A DNA stretch of 64,000 nucleotides from Entomortierella parvispora E1425 (GCA_020891255.1 BQFW01000015.1:2666001-2730000); one strand, 5' to 3'. Shown: positions 13,003 to 25,125, counted from the first letter of the stretch. A program made the numbers and translations. The notes: generated from the sequence alone by a model not told the origin.

Positions 13003-14340
13003 TTAAACTCTACAGACATGAACAGAGAGAAGGGAATATTCGTTAGAATCAGTCAGGTAGTTGTTTCTGAAAGAAACACGCATTCAGACAATGTTTCGTG
13101 TTGCTTACCTGGAGGGGTACATCATCTGTACAATGGGAAAACAGCAAAAAAAAAAGGAACAAAAGACATAGAGGGAGCACAATAGATATTAGTTTCTGTC
13201 AAACAACATCCCTTCTTCCCTGCAGTGCTGGGATCCAGTGACAACAATCAAATGACAACTTACGACGCGGACGGAGGCACCGAACGACTTGGCGGGCAAG
13301 TTGTTGCGGAAACGGGCCTTGACAGCACCGGAACCACCGTGGGCGCGGGTGATGCGGCCCCAGATGCAGCGGATCTTGGATCCGTTGACCTCACGCTTGG
13401 CGCGGTAGACGAAAGCAACACGCTTGCCGAGGTAGAACTCGGTGTCGGCAGCGGTCTTCACACCCTCAATCTGGACGAGCGAGATGTCGGGGCGCTGGTT
13501 GCGCTTAGCGCGCTTGAATCCAAGAACACGACCTTTGGCGTAAAGACTAGAAATGAGGTTGGCGAGATTGGATTCCAGCGTTAGCTTCCCTGCGATTGAC
13601 CATATATATATTTTTTTTCTTTTTGCTCCATGTTCCAGTGATGAAGGATGAAACGGTAGTGATGGTTGTTGTGTTGCTGATGCCGATGTCACTCTTTCTG
13701 AATCCTGTCATAGCCAGAGTACGAGTGCTCCTGTCCATTGGTCTGATCGTAAAAATATTCTGCTGGATCAGATGTTCCCCATGAATTCCTTGATGTAGAT
13801 TGAGCTTTTTCCCATCGAGCCTCTTCCTTCTCTGTGGAGTAGTAAAAAATATTCCCTATCTCTTCTGACAGTCGAGTGAAAAGGTGGAGGGGCACAGGAC
13901 CTCACTCAAGGTGTCCATTGACCGATGAAGGAAAAGGAAAAAAATAAAAAAATAATAAAAAGGGAAATCGTCCATGTCGATGTAGATGACTTTTTCCAAA
14001 AGTCAAAGTTGTCACTGATCCATGGGTTCACACTTCCTGACAGTCGTTCCTGGGTCGGGATGAGGTTGGTGAGGGTGTCGGTGGCGATGGATGGACGGAT
14101 GGATGGCCGACAGCGATGGATTTGCTCACGCACCGAGACATGGTTAATATTCGAGGTTGAGAGAGAGAGTTCAGTCAACCAGACAGAGATGCCTTTTGTG
14201 GATCCCAGAAATTTAAATTTCATCACGTGAGCACCATATTTTGGTGGCAAATTTCATCTCTCATTCAATTCAATCCCGCTCGCCCACCCTCTTCTCCCAA
14301 GAAGAATAAAAGACAACACTGAAAACCTCACCATGGGCAT
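13003..14340 (-). CDS. RPL33: 60S ribosomal protein eL33 (L35Ae), 5 exons including a probable 8-nt micro-exon
   Basis: Main exon 13546-13264 encodes [19 protein letters not shown]...[13 protein letters not shown]...[24 protein letters not shown]. Small 3' exons give MMYPSR-V* (TAA ends 13003). 5' exon ATGCCCATG|GTGAGG at 14340-14332. Confidence 0.93.
13684..14090 (-). ncRNA. Candidate intronic H/ACA snoRNA-like structured RNAs in RPL33 introns
   Basis: Three segments end in ACA-TC(A/G), with ACA at 13983, 13796 and 13689. Hairpins: CACTC...GAGTG-ACA, GAGTGA...TCACTC followed by ANANNA (AGAAGA), and TCTGATC...GATCAGA. Confidence 0.35.
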
Positions 14341-14411
14341 GGCCGATTCATTATTGTTAGATAGGGATATGTAAATACGCTCTTTAAATTGACGACCAGA
14401 TAAAAGATAAG

Positions 14412-17126
14412 CTAAGAGTCGATATCATGCATGTAGCTCCCAAACTCGACACTCTCCATCATGATCTCTCGCGCCCTCTCCAGTGAAATAGGATCGCCGC
14501 TGGAGAACTCGTTCCGATCTTCGGCAATAAGTCGGACGCCTGCCTCTGGTACTAAGACGTGCTGGATGTACTCTGAGGGCTTTTGTGGGTGTGCCTTTTC
14601 GTGAGTCAAGAATTGCGACTCTAAAAACATCTTGGCCAGGATCCTGAAAAGCTCTGAAGATCCTTTGGAACCATAATACCCCGGCTAACCCAGACAAGCA
14701 AGAGACATATATCAGCATCCACGCAGTGTATCATTTCAATCAATCTGTGAGCAAATTCAGCCGGAAATATGAAGAGTATTCTTACCAGTGTTTGCCGAAC
14801 ACCTGCGAGAACAAAGTGTGGGTTGCGAGCTCCTATAACCCCCATTCGCTCGTAGTTGGAGAGGGCCTTTTCCAAGAACGGGCTCGAGGCCGTACCTTCC
14901 ACAATCCCTCTCAATTCCGACTCCATCCTCCTTACGCGAGCTTCCAGTTTGTCGAAATTGATATACACGGGATATCCTTGCTCCACCCCATGGGGAACAA
15001 TCTGCTCATCCGCAATATGAACACGACAGAACTCGAACCGATCCATCAGCGATAACTTGGTCCCATCCTTTAGCGGAGGCGAGGATAATGATGATGGCGG
15101 CGGCGATCCGAAGGGATCATAATCTGCTCGTTGCGACTCGCGTCTCCTCCTTGAATCCGAGTCACTGTCTTCATTTCCATTCTCGCCATTTGCTGCCTTT
15201 CGCTCCCGCCTTTTGGGTCTTGGTCTCGGCATGGATTTGGATGGAGAATCCACAATAATGACATCAGCCGTCGGAGGCACATATCCTTGTTCCCGTGCTT
15301 CCTTCCTCTCTTGTTTTCGTTCTTTTTGCCGTTTCTGCTCAGCGTGAATCTTTGCAAGTGCTTTGGTGAGTCGCTTTGATTTGATCTCGGGTAATAAGTC
15401 GCCACAGTATGGGCACACATTGTCGTCTTCAATTACTATCATTCAAAAAGACATAAAACTTGTTAATAAGGAGCCACCTTTCCTCAAGACAACAAAACCA
15501 GCAATGATCAGGTAAACGCCAACCTTTTCTGGGTATATCGTCGTCCGACAGCATATAAATGACCTGGTTGGACATATATCCACTAGGCGATTCATAGCAG
15601 GACTTCTTCTTGTTTGGTGACGGCAGAATGAACTTTCCGCCGGCACCCTTCGTCTTGTTCGGTGATGGCAAACGGAATCCCTCGCCATCATCTCTAGAGG
15701 CAACGGCGCGGGCTGGCATCGGGGGCGACAAAGTCCTTGAGCGTGCTTCTGACTTGCCTTTTGACTTTGGTATTGATTCCAGTTCAGATTCAGAGTCGCT
15801 GCTGCTTTGAGGCTCCCGAGTTCGTTTTGTAGCAGAAGTGGAGCGAATTGGATGGCTGTCAACATCCTTGGACAAGTCTATCACATTCTGTGCCGGAGAT
15901 CGCATTTTTTTTCTGGGTCCCCGATCCTCCACTGAGTTCTGTGAACTATCTTTTCTCCGCGATTTGTCACTAGGCATTGGCGCTCTCGAACTGCTGGACT
16001 TCTGGGGCTGACTCCTGTCAGAGAAGTCCTTCTCTCTCACCTCTCTCACCATCAATCCAACCTCTTCAAAAAACTCTACTGCTCTCCTTCTATCCTCCTC
16101 CTGCTTGTATGAGCGTGCTGTGGATTTAACTGCAACCGCCGATGCGTCTTTGTTCTTTCGATTCAGTCGGTCCTCCTCAAAATCGTCCGATCCACAATCG
16201 GCAGAGTTGCGACGATGTGCTGAGCCGATGGAGTCACGTTTTGCCATTGGTCCCTTTGTCAGTAGTAGAGCTGGTTTTGCAATGGCCGTTCGGGGTAGAG
16301 GGCGATTTGCACCGAGCTTCGATGATTCAGTTGATTGTGTTGATCCTGTAGATCCAGCCGATATTGAAGCTCCAGTGGACACAGTCTTTTTCGAACGTTC
16401 TGTAGACTTCACGAGATGCGCGGGTGCATCCTTAAAAAGGTCGTCGTCTTCCTCCGAGTCTGAGCTTGGCGGACCAATAGTTTCAAGTGATGGCAAGGAC
16501 GGGCGATCCTTTGCACGATGTTTGCTTTCGCTTGAGGAATCACGCCTACATTTCTTGCTTTGGGCTGGTGTGTCCGGTTGTTGCAACTTCTCGAGGTGTT
16601 TTTTGAATCCCCGTTCTCCTCCCAGTCTCTCTTTTTCCCGGTGACTTAGAGCATCGAACTCCTCAAAGGTGTCTGGCATATCCTCACGACTTGAGACAGG
16701 CTCGACCGTCCTTCTCATCGAGGGCGATACCGGTTTCCTAGGGCTATGGGAAGCGCGCGTCTTATCCAAAGAGCTAATTCTCCTTTGCTGCTGCGGTGGC
16801 GAACGAAGAATATCATCGTCCAGAGTGGTGATTGTCGTCTTGGGGATGCTGATCGGATTCCCTTTCAGTTTTTGAGGCGACATAAACGGTCGGACCAATT
16901 TGCTCTGGGTTGGGGATCCGTGATTCTGAGCTTTCATTACTCGACTGAGATCATCCAAGACTGCCTCTCGATATTTTTTGGGGGTATTGGTTGTAGTGAG
17001 ATATTTTTTTGGCGGTGGGGTTCGGGCTTGGGTATCCTTGTTGACAGTCTTATTCCGTGCGAAATCATCGACTTTCCTATGCAGATCCAAGGAATTTGAT
17101 TTCGGCTGACTCCAGCGGTCCGTCAT
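14412..17126 (-). CDS. RTC4-like domain protein with a long disordered S/K/R-rich N-terminus
   Basis: C-terminal CPYCGD...FEFCRVH...PGYYGSKG...YIQHVLVPEAGVRLIAED pattern is typical of RTC4-domain proteins. Introns near 15.44-15.5 kb and 14.7 kb. Confidence 0.72.
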
Positions 17127-17552
17127 GATGTGTCCTGATATCTATGAGGTGGAAAAGAAATATTCTCAACGGTGAGTGTCATGGTGTCTATGCTCACGCC
17201 ACTAAATGTTATGAGCAGACAATGAAAATGAAAAGCTGCATGGTAAGATCATTGGCACAAACATATAGCTCATGAGTTGCTCCTGACCTTTCTCCTAGCT
17301 CCCGACTGATCTGACGTGGTGCGCGGCAAATGTTTCCTGGTACGAGTTGGATGGTTGAATCATGCAATGCATGCCTTCTGTTTCCTCGACCTTTTTCTTT
17401 GTTCATCACTTTATCCTCAGGCTAATCAGCATATCACGTGATTGATGACTCTTGTGCTGGGGTTTTGTCTCACTGGCCCTGATCTCTTTTCACCGCAGCA
17501 GCTCTTTCCATCACCTTCCTTCATTCCTTTTGCTCCCCGCTCTACCATTACC

Positions 17553-19225
17553 ATGACCGAAGACAACCCCAATGCTCCCGCTGCTCCCGTTGTTGAGCAA
17601 GTGCCTGTCGGACTCTTGACCTGCCAACACACTCCCTACCTCCGCAATTTCACTACCACTGTCCTCGCTTGCTCAAAAAAGCCCAACAAACAAAAGCTGT
17701 ACGAGGTCCAACTTCAGGATACCAGTATGTTCATCTCCTGGGGCTCTTTGGGATCGGCATTGACCCCTTGATATCATTACTACTGAGCGACACACTGACT
17801 CTATCCTTAATTCCTGTTTAACTATCAGTCCTTTTCCCTGAAGGCGGCGGACAGCCCTGTGATTACGGCACCTTGAACGAGTCGATCGAGGTCAAGAATG
17901 TTCAAAGAGTCGGCACCAGCCATGTTCACCATACCACTGCTCCCGTCGAGGAAGGCATTGAGGCTCGTCTGGAGGTGGAGTGGAAACGTAGATTCGACCA
18001 TATGCAGCAGCACAGTGGACAGCATCTTGTCAGTGCCCTCTTTGATCAGATCGAGTGCTTCACCGTCGCGTGGTAAAAAAAAAGAGTCCTTTGTATTTTG
18101 GTGGCGCTTTTTTTTTTTCTCAAGCAGGATCCCAACTGATGAGCCCTCTTTCTCCTTTTCTATTTTCATAGGGGTATGAATGCCACTCGGTGCCACGTTG
18201 AACTTTCAAAGGCACCCACGCCTGAGCAGGTCAAGGATGTGGAAGAGCGTTTGAACCTCTATATCCGTCGCAACTATCCCGTCCATGTCACTTTCACAGA
18301 GGAGCGCCCTCCAACCATGCCCAAAGGTAACTTTTTTTTTTTTTTTTTTTTTCTTGCGTTGCAACGACTCACTAGAAAAAGACTCTAACATGCGATCGAT
18401 ATCTCAATAGACTATGTTGGACCTAACGGCGTTTTCCGTGTGATCGAAATCATGGAAGATTTGGACATTGTTGCAGCAGAGGAGGACCCCTTGGGTCTGA
18501 ACGCCACCCTGGACGAGAATGGTGAGAAGGTCAAGAAGGGATTGGTGCATTTGGATTACAACCCTTGCTGTGGAACCCACGTCAAATCGCTCAAGGATTT
18601 GCAATGCATCAAGCTTTTGCATCAGGAAAAGATCCGTGGCGATAACTGTCGCCTGTTCTTTGTCTGCGGCCAGAGAGCTTTGAACCTCTTGCAGGAGACT
18701 TATCAGGTCACACGAGATCTCGCCACTGTTCTCTCGGCACCTGGTGGACCCGAGACCTTTGTCGAGACTGTGGTCAAGAACCAGAAGCAGAGTCGGGAGG
18801 CGTTCAAGCAGACAAAGAACTTGTACAAGGATCTGGCCACCTATGTCGTACGTGACTGGGCTGCCGAACTCAAGGAGAAGAACCCCATTCTGGAGGATGA
18901 AACCAAGGGACCAGGATACTTGATCACATACCATCGTGAGGATGCGGAAATGGATTACTTGGTCTTGTTGACCTCTCTCCTTAAGGACCAAGAGTTGGTC
19001 AAGGGTGGCCGCATCTTTGTTTTGTCTGCAGGCGATAAGAAGGAAGGTGGGCCTATGATTGTGACTGGACAGGATGAAGGACTCGTCAAGTCCGTGGCTG
19101 CTGAGATTGTCAAGCATGTCGAGGTGAAGGGTGGCGGAAAGGGCAGATGGCAAGGAAAGAGCAAATCCTGGAAGGGTCTTGAGGCTGCCCATGCTGCAGC
19201 CGAGACTCTTGTTCAGTCTGCGTAA
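17553..19225 (+). CDS. Alanyl-tRNA editing protein (AlaX/AARSD1 family), multi-exon
   Basis: LFPEGGGQP, RRFDHMQQHSGQHL (HxxxH), NPCCGTHV (CxGxH), and a C-terminal C-Ala-like GGGKGRWQGK. Confidence 0.93.
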
Positions 19226-19373
19226 ATTTTGATAACACACCCCCATACCAACGTAGACATAGATGAGTGACATCGTATAAAGATGATCCACAGAGATACA
19301 GTCAGAGAGAATGCGGCCATTCACCATTTATTGGGCTGAATAGGCTGAATAGGTTCCTAATCCTTCCTTGAAA

Positions 19374-21921
19374 TCATGGTGAATCTGACGGCGCCGGCGC
19401 AGAGGCAGATGGTTGGGCGTAATGCAACCTCCTAGAGTCTGGTGCTGGTTCCATAGGAGCCTCTGGTGAATGTATTTGTCCCTCTGTCAGCGATTTGGGG
19501 AACGGCTCTACACCACTCTTTGCAACCATATCCACATCCCGTTCAGAGACTGGCGATTGCACGACTGCGGTCGCTATTTGTGGCGGGAAGTAACCCATGA
19601 TTCTACTGCCTTCACTCCCTCCGTGAGGCGTCCATGAATCTTGTGTGGATGACGGAGAGGTCAACCGCGGCGTAAGATTGACATGTTGTGGATGCTCCAA
19701 AGGTGAGGCTGGTCCAAGTCCAAGGTTGATGGCTTCTGGCGCCGTAGGTGCCTCAACCGTGAACCTAAGAGGTAACTGTATTGGTGCTAGCTGGAGTGCA
19801 CGTTGCTCCTTTTCGCCGGGGTATTCATTAGTGTTGTGGGGGATATAGCGGCTAGAGGAGGTCGTGGTTGAAGAAGAAGAGGCTGCCTCTAAAGACGCAG
19901 GTGCAAAGGGCTCCGCTGGTCGAGGTGGGAGACGAGGCGGGAAGACCGGAGCTGTCGCTTCAGTTGACGGAGGATTGCCTGGCATAGAAATTGCTGAAGC
20001 CCGTCTCGCCGAGGGTGTCGGCAACATGGTTGGTATTTTTGGCAAGGGCTTGGACATGGATTCATAGATAAGAGGTAGTTGTCTGTGGGACATTTCCGCA
20101 AGAGGTGGTGGAGAGTAGTAAGGTAGCACTCCAGTTGGTGATGCGGGGCTACTGTTCCCAGGCGATGTGGCACTCCGAGCACGAATTGTGGTGACAGTGC
20201 CTGCGTCGTTATGATCTGATATTGAAGTCTGGTTCAATTGCACAACCATACTATAACGTGGTGATTCAGTTGCCGAGCTCGATTGTTCCAAAAAAGCCAT
20301 CGAAGATGAACCATGCGCAGCCGAATCAGAGGGTCGAATGGGCGATGCTATTAGTCGCATAGAAGAGGCGGGGGTCGTAGGTGAAGGTGATGAGGAAGGC
20401 ATCGACAGTGAAGTCGTCAAACTAGTGTCGCTGCGGCTGTTGTTGACGCTCGGTATAGCAGAGCCACCACTGCCGATTTGGAATTCGGCGACAGCCTGCC
20501 CTACCCCGAATGGGCTTGGCTTTTGCGTATGAAAACTGTCAGACAAAGTGCCTATTACGATTGGGATCTCGACTTCAAATCCTCCAGGACAACTCAGGAG
20601 TTTGTTTCGTAGTTTGCTGGTGACCACCTTTTTCGACTTTCTCTCCATGAAGCCGGTCTTTGCTCGCATGTCGAATAAGATCTGGAGCGAGTATTCGATG
20701 GACAAGGCCTTGCTCCCCGTCAAAGTTGGGAATGCTGAAGATGGGATCGTAAGATCAGTTATAATTTTTCCTGTGCTGTAACTCGAACTCACGGCCAATG
20801 TTTCTGCGCGAGATGCCACTGTCTCGCTATATTCTTTGGCTTGACTAAAATAGAATAAGAGGCGTCAGTATGAACGCGATGTAGAAAATACGATGGTGAA
20901 CTATACCATATGGCCACTGATGTCCTTACTCTCCTGCGACATAGCGCTCCTTGCAAATCAGCTGGATAAAGCACCCTGGACTCCTTCGGATCTTGTACGG
21001 GTGAGTGAGATCAATCTCCACATGAAGGATCTGGCCTCTCAAGAATCCTGATCTTAGCAATTTCACTGTTGCAGTCGCCAAATTCTTCTTCTCCTTCGAT
21101 CCTGGGACAACACTGCTCGAGCCGGTGATAGAGAGATAGGTATTGAGAGGCTCCACCTGAATGTTGACAAGATCCTTGATCTGCAAGCTCTGACTCGTCT
21201 GAATGTCCTGAACACCTCCCAGAGCTCCCAGAGTGACGACCGTTGCGGTGAGCGAGTACTTGACGGTGCAGTGTCGGTACTGTTGTATTCATCAGTGGAA
21301 GAATGAAGCATAATCGAACAGGAGGTAAATAGATGGATTAGATACAAAGTATATCCAGGAAAGAAGAGCTGCTTCCTGAAAACCCGTTGTATTCGGCTGG
21401 TTACCTTTCCCGAGGATGGGAGCTGTTGAAAGGGGACGGTGAACTGGAAGGGCCAGCTATATTTTCCCTCTTCGAGGATAAACTCGGTAGCGTTGTTGGC
21501 ATGGCCGAGCAGGACCAATTGCTGATTCAGGACATAGGTCGACTCCTCGATCTTGGCCACCTTTGTGGTGACGATGCCGACAAAGAGGATCTTGACACAG
21601 GTATATTTGAAGTCGGAGGTCGTTGTGAGATGGACATGGCCTGGGTGCGATTGTTAAGAACAGGAGAGGAGGGACATGAAAAGAGAGCGAGCGGTGAGAC
21701 AATGTTGTGGATCCGACCGAGAACCAAGCTGCGAAACCCCCTGCTGTGAGGGGCGAAGCTTCGTCTGCAACTTTGCTACGGCGACATTCTTCCGTGCCCT
21801 CTGTTGCTACAGACACCTTCTCTGACAAGCAAAAGGTCAAGTCGTTGTTACCTCCAAGCGTATCTCCCGGAAGATAATGGCTCGCGGGTGTGTCCAGTAG
21901 GGCAATGTTTATTCGTTTCAT
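19374..21921 (-). CDS. Alpha-arrestin-like protein with a P/S-rich tail
   Basis: MKRINIALLDTPASHYLPGDTLG, LEEGKYSWPFQFTVP..LPSSG, HGTVKYSLTATV, LTIPSSAFPTL...SIEYSLQI. Arrestin N and C domains across exons. Confidence 0.8.
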
Positions 21922-22376
21922 GGCTGTGAAGTAAGGCGAGCGGTGAGCGTCTTTCCTTGGCGTTTCTCGACTAGCTGCAGCGGGGGTTGTCCTGCAAGGT
22001 GCAAGGTGTTTGTCAGTCGTCAGTCTATCCCAGCCGTGTCGCAAACAAAGAGATGAGGGGAATGTAGCGAATCGGTGCGAACAGATGAATGAATGAATGC
22101 AAGACAGAAAGAGGGAGGAAGTGATTCAATCGAGAGAGGGCGACACCTGGGAAGAAGATAAAAGACAAAAGAGACACATGAAAAGAGCAAAAAAAGAGGA
22201 CATGCACGCAAAGGAAAGGAAAAAAGAGAGTCCAAAAAAAAAAAAAAAAAAAAACGGTGGCGCATCGACCTGAGACCTTCACTTGGTTCATTTGATTCAT
22301 TTGGTTACCTCGAGTTCGAAAGGCGATATTCTTAGATGGCGCCCAGCTGCCTTTTTCTCCTCTTCTTTCCTGCAAC

Positions 22377-22670
22377 ATGAGTCCTTTTTATTCGGGGTCG
22401 ATGGCCTCGATCCCAAAAGGGTCGACGCGGGAGTCCACACCAGCCCTCTGCAAAGCGCAGTTTGTCCTACACAGAGAGTCCCATTGGGAAGGAAATGCCA
22501 AGCACTTGGCTGTGGCCATGCTGGAAGATGTCGTTGTCGTGCTACCCGTTTCTTTTGTGTTGTTCAGCCTTCACTCTCCTTTCACTCCCACGGGAATGAT
22601 ATCGGCAGGGGTTACCATGCTCGTTTGCTGGCTCAATGGATCCCTCTTTGCAGGTGTGGCTGAAATATAA
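22377..22670 (+). CDS. Possible small membrane protein (97 aa), no recognised family
   Basis: ATG in good context (AACATG) and two hydrophobic C-terminal segments. It occupies otherwise empty intergenic space. Confidence 0.22.
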   Translation: MSPFYSGSMASIPKGSTRESTPALCKAQFVLHRESHWEGNAKHLAVAMLEDVVVVLPVSFVLFSLHSPFTPTGMISAGVTMLVCWLNGSLFAGVAEI

Positions 22671-22918
22671 GTAGGTAAGTGACAAAAAAAAGTCCGCGTT
22701 TCTCATCTTGGATCATATTATTAAGTTAATGATCCCACAACGCAATTGACGAGAGCATCTGAGCTCTTTATCCCTCGACACGCAATCGTTCTGTCGTGGC
22801 CTGACTGTCTGACTGGCATGCACTCTCTTTGCTTCTACATTTTACTCCTTGGACACCCAGAAGAGACTATCAATCCCTCCTTTTTTTATTTATTGCAATC
22901 GCAGCGCGGTCCAACGGC

Positions 22919-24607
22919 TCAAAGCTCCTGTTTCTTCTCATTGTTGTCCGTCTTGCCCTCATCATCACTGCTTGCATGAGCAGCAGCCTCAGCAGCCTTT
23001 TGAAATTCCTCCTCGCGGGTCTTTGCGTCCGACGCCACTTTGTCCGCCAACTCTTTGGCTCTGATCGAAGCGTCTTTGGATTTCTTGGACTTTTTGTCGT
23101 CTTCAGATTGCTTCGACTTCTTGTCGTCTTCAGAGTCGACCTTGAACACCTTCTGCTGCTGCTCATCTGGCTTTTTCTCTTGCTCTGCTGGGGGTTGTGG
23201 TTGCTCTGTTGGTTGCTCATTTGACTGAGGCGCCATCACGGTACCTTCTTCATCCTCAGCCTCGTTGATCTCCTTAATATCGATTTCATAGTCATCATCA
23301 TCATCATCATCTTCTTCAGTGTCGGCAGTCTCTGGCTTCTTGTTCTCAGCAGGCTTGTTGTTGTCAGCGGCCGCAGTTTCCTCCTTCTTAGTCTCTTCGA
23401 CCTTCCGCTGGGTCTCGGTTTTGGGTTCAGTCGATGTTTCTGGGACAGAAGCCTCAGGCATGGGAGCCTCGGGGGTAGAGTCGGCGACCGGTGCAGGAGA
23501 GGGAGACTCCACGATCGGAACATCCGTAATGGCTTCTGAAGGACAAAATACATACTTGAGGACATCCCCAACATTGTTGGCCGTCAAGACCTCGCTACTG
23601 AATGCGAAAAGGTTTCGAATCACTGGGATGTTGGCAAACACAGTCTGTCCTGCACCGCGGCCTGCTCCTCGGGTGACCAAGATCAAAGCTGCTTGGTCTT
23701 CCAGGGAATGGAGAGCCTGAGAAGGAATCTGCTTTTCAATGCCACGGCGTTTGATAGAATAAACATCGCGTGCTGCTTTGGCCGCATCTGCTTTGGGTGT
23801 GTCGGCTGTCAGGGCGAGGAGGATCATGGCCTTGACGGACTCATCTCTGGGATCGAGATCCGACAAACGTGCCACGCTTTGCGCCATATGAATTTGGATT
23901 GCGAGCTGTCCAATCGAGGCAATGATGGTGCCCAATCCGAGTTTCTTCACTGTCGAGTTGCTTGGTGCTCCAACCAAAGCACTCCCGGCAAGTCCATCTG
24001 TCAAGGAGCTGTAGTAGACAGCCTCTTCCACTCCTTTCAGGTAGGCAGTGTCGGTGGTCTCACAGACGCCCACAGGGGCGACCAAGGCCTTCACGTTCCG
24101 AACGGCATCTGAGGACTTGATGAGTCCGAAACCGATGTAGTCCCAAATGGACCAGCTCTTGGATGCGGCCACTCTTGCGGTGTAAGTAGCCTTGTTGGTC
24201 GAAGGGATATGGATGACGGTGTCATAAATCGTATTGGCAATCAAGGCTGCGCGATGAGTGTCAACCGTGGTCAAGTCGGCGGAGGCTTCCGCTAGAGCCT
24301 CACCATGGGTTTCGATCATCTTGAGCTTGGCCTGCTCAAGTTTGGACCAGTCTGCATCCTTGGCACTGAAAACAGTCAAAGAGATAATCTCTACAATGTC
24401 ATTCAGCAGCGGAAGTTGGTTGGTTGGGGCTTCGTTAGGAACTTCTTGACTAGCGAGTGTCTCGATGCCTCTAGATGAGATTTGTCGCACGAGATTTGGT
24501 GCAAGGGCTTGCACTTGGGGGTCATTCACGAAATCTTTGAGTCCTTGATCAGCCAGCACCGAGTACGCCAACAAGGCAGCAACGTAAGGGCGTAGAACAA
24601 ACTTCAT
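22919..24607 (-). CDS. Secretory-pathway protein with EcsC-like domain, acidic tail and KQEL C-terminus; intronless
   Basis: Signal peptide MKFVLRPYVAALLAYSVLA. IASIGQLAIQIHMAQSVARLSDLDPRDESVKAMILLAL and IPVIRNLFAFSSEVLTANNVG resemble EcsC-family blocks. The protein ends ...EKKQEL*. Confidence 0.6.
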   Translation of the reverse strand: MKFVLRPYVAALLAYSVLADQGLKDFVNDPQVQALAPNLVRQISSRGIETLASQEVPNEAPTNQLPLLNDIVEIISLTVFSAKDADWSKLEQAKLKMIETHGEALAEASADLTTVDTHRAALIANTIYDTVIHIPSTNKATYTARVAASKSWSIWDYIGFGLIKSSDAVRNVKALVAPVGVCETTDTAYLKGVEEAVYYSSLTDGLAGSALVGAPSNSTVKKLGLGTIIASIGQLAIQIHMAQSVARLSDLDPRDESVKAMILLALTADTPKADAAKAARDVYSIKRRGIEKQIPSQALHSLEDQAALILVTRGAGRGAGQTVFANIPVIRNLFAFSSEVLTANNVGDVLKYVFCPSEAITDVPIVESPSPAPVADSTPEAPMPEASVPETSTEPKTETQRKVEETKKEETAAADNNKPAENKKPETADTEEDDDDDDDYEIDIKEINEAEDEEGTVMAPQSNEQPTEQPQPPAEQEKKPDEQQQKVFKVDSEDDKKSKQSEDDKKSKKSKDASIRAKELADKVASDAKTREEEFQKAAEAAAHASSDDEGKTDNNEKKQEL

Positions 24608-25125
24608 AACAAGAGAGGAGAGAGGAGGAGAAGTGGATATGAAGGACAAAGGAGACACACGACGCAGGAAATAGAATATTTAAGAGAGTGAGAAAAGGGG
24701 CGCCATTCTCGGTGAGGCTGGGAATGCAGCCAATAAAAAAGGAGTCGAGTGCTATGCTGGGCTATCATCAGTACCCTGCTCTGAGCCCGGGCCCATTTTT
24801 CTCTCGCCAACTGTGGACTTCATAAGGCGACCATTGTAAGACGGCTACGGCCAGGGTTCTTCTCAAACAGCGTCGTGGTTAAACCAGTTGTCAGGATACT
24901 AGCAGAGGAGCGAGAGAACAGTAAAAAAAAAAAAAAAGCAAGGACACGCTCCACGAACGCGCTGTTCAGTTGAGTTAATTCCAAACACTGCAAGGAAATA
25001 ACTTTTTGCTCCCAGCACTCCTTCGGCCTTTTTTCTCGTCAAATTGTCGCCCTTCTCCTCTTCTTTCAGCATTCCATCTCCGAACCAATCTCCATCCCAC
25101 TCCAAGCCCAAAGAAGCACACAGCA

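Noticed and set aside
13849-13858. ATATTCCCTA resembling the snR30/U17 m1 motif
   Set aside because: It is on the strand opposite the host transcript, has an extra C, and no AAACCAT (m2) motif follows.
14171-14226. Box C/D snoRNA candidate (GTGATGA...CTGA, minus strand) in RPL33 intron 1
   Set aside because: Only about 56 nt, with no terminal stem and no convincing rRNA complement of 10 nt or more that I could recognise. Cannot be excluded without a search.
22829-23224. Very hydrophobic plus-strand ORF (and similar ones at 415-750, 25953-26492, 50999-51304, 52647-53075)
   Set aside because: Antisense shadows of charged/Gln-rich coding regions, or translations of microsatellites.
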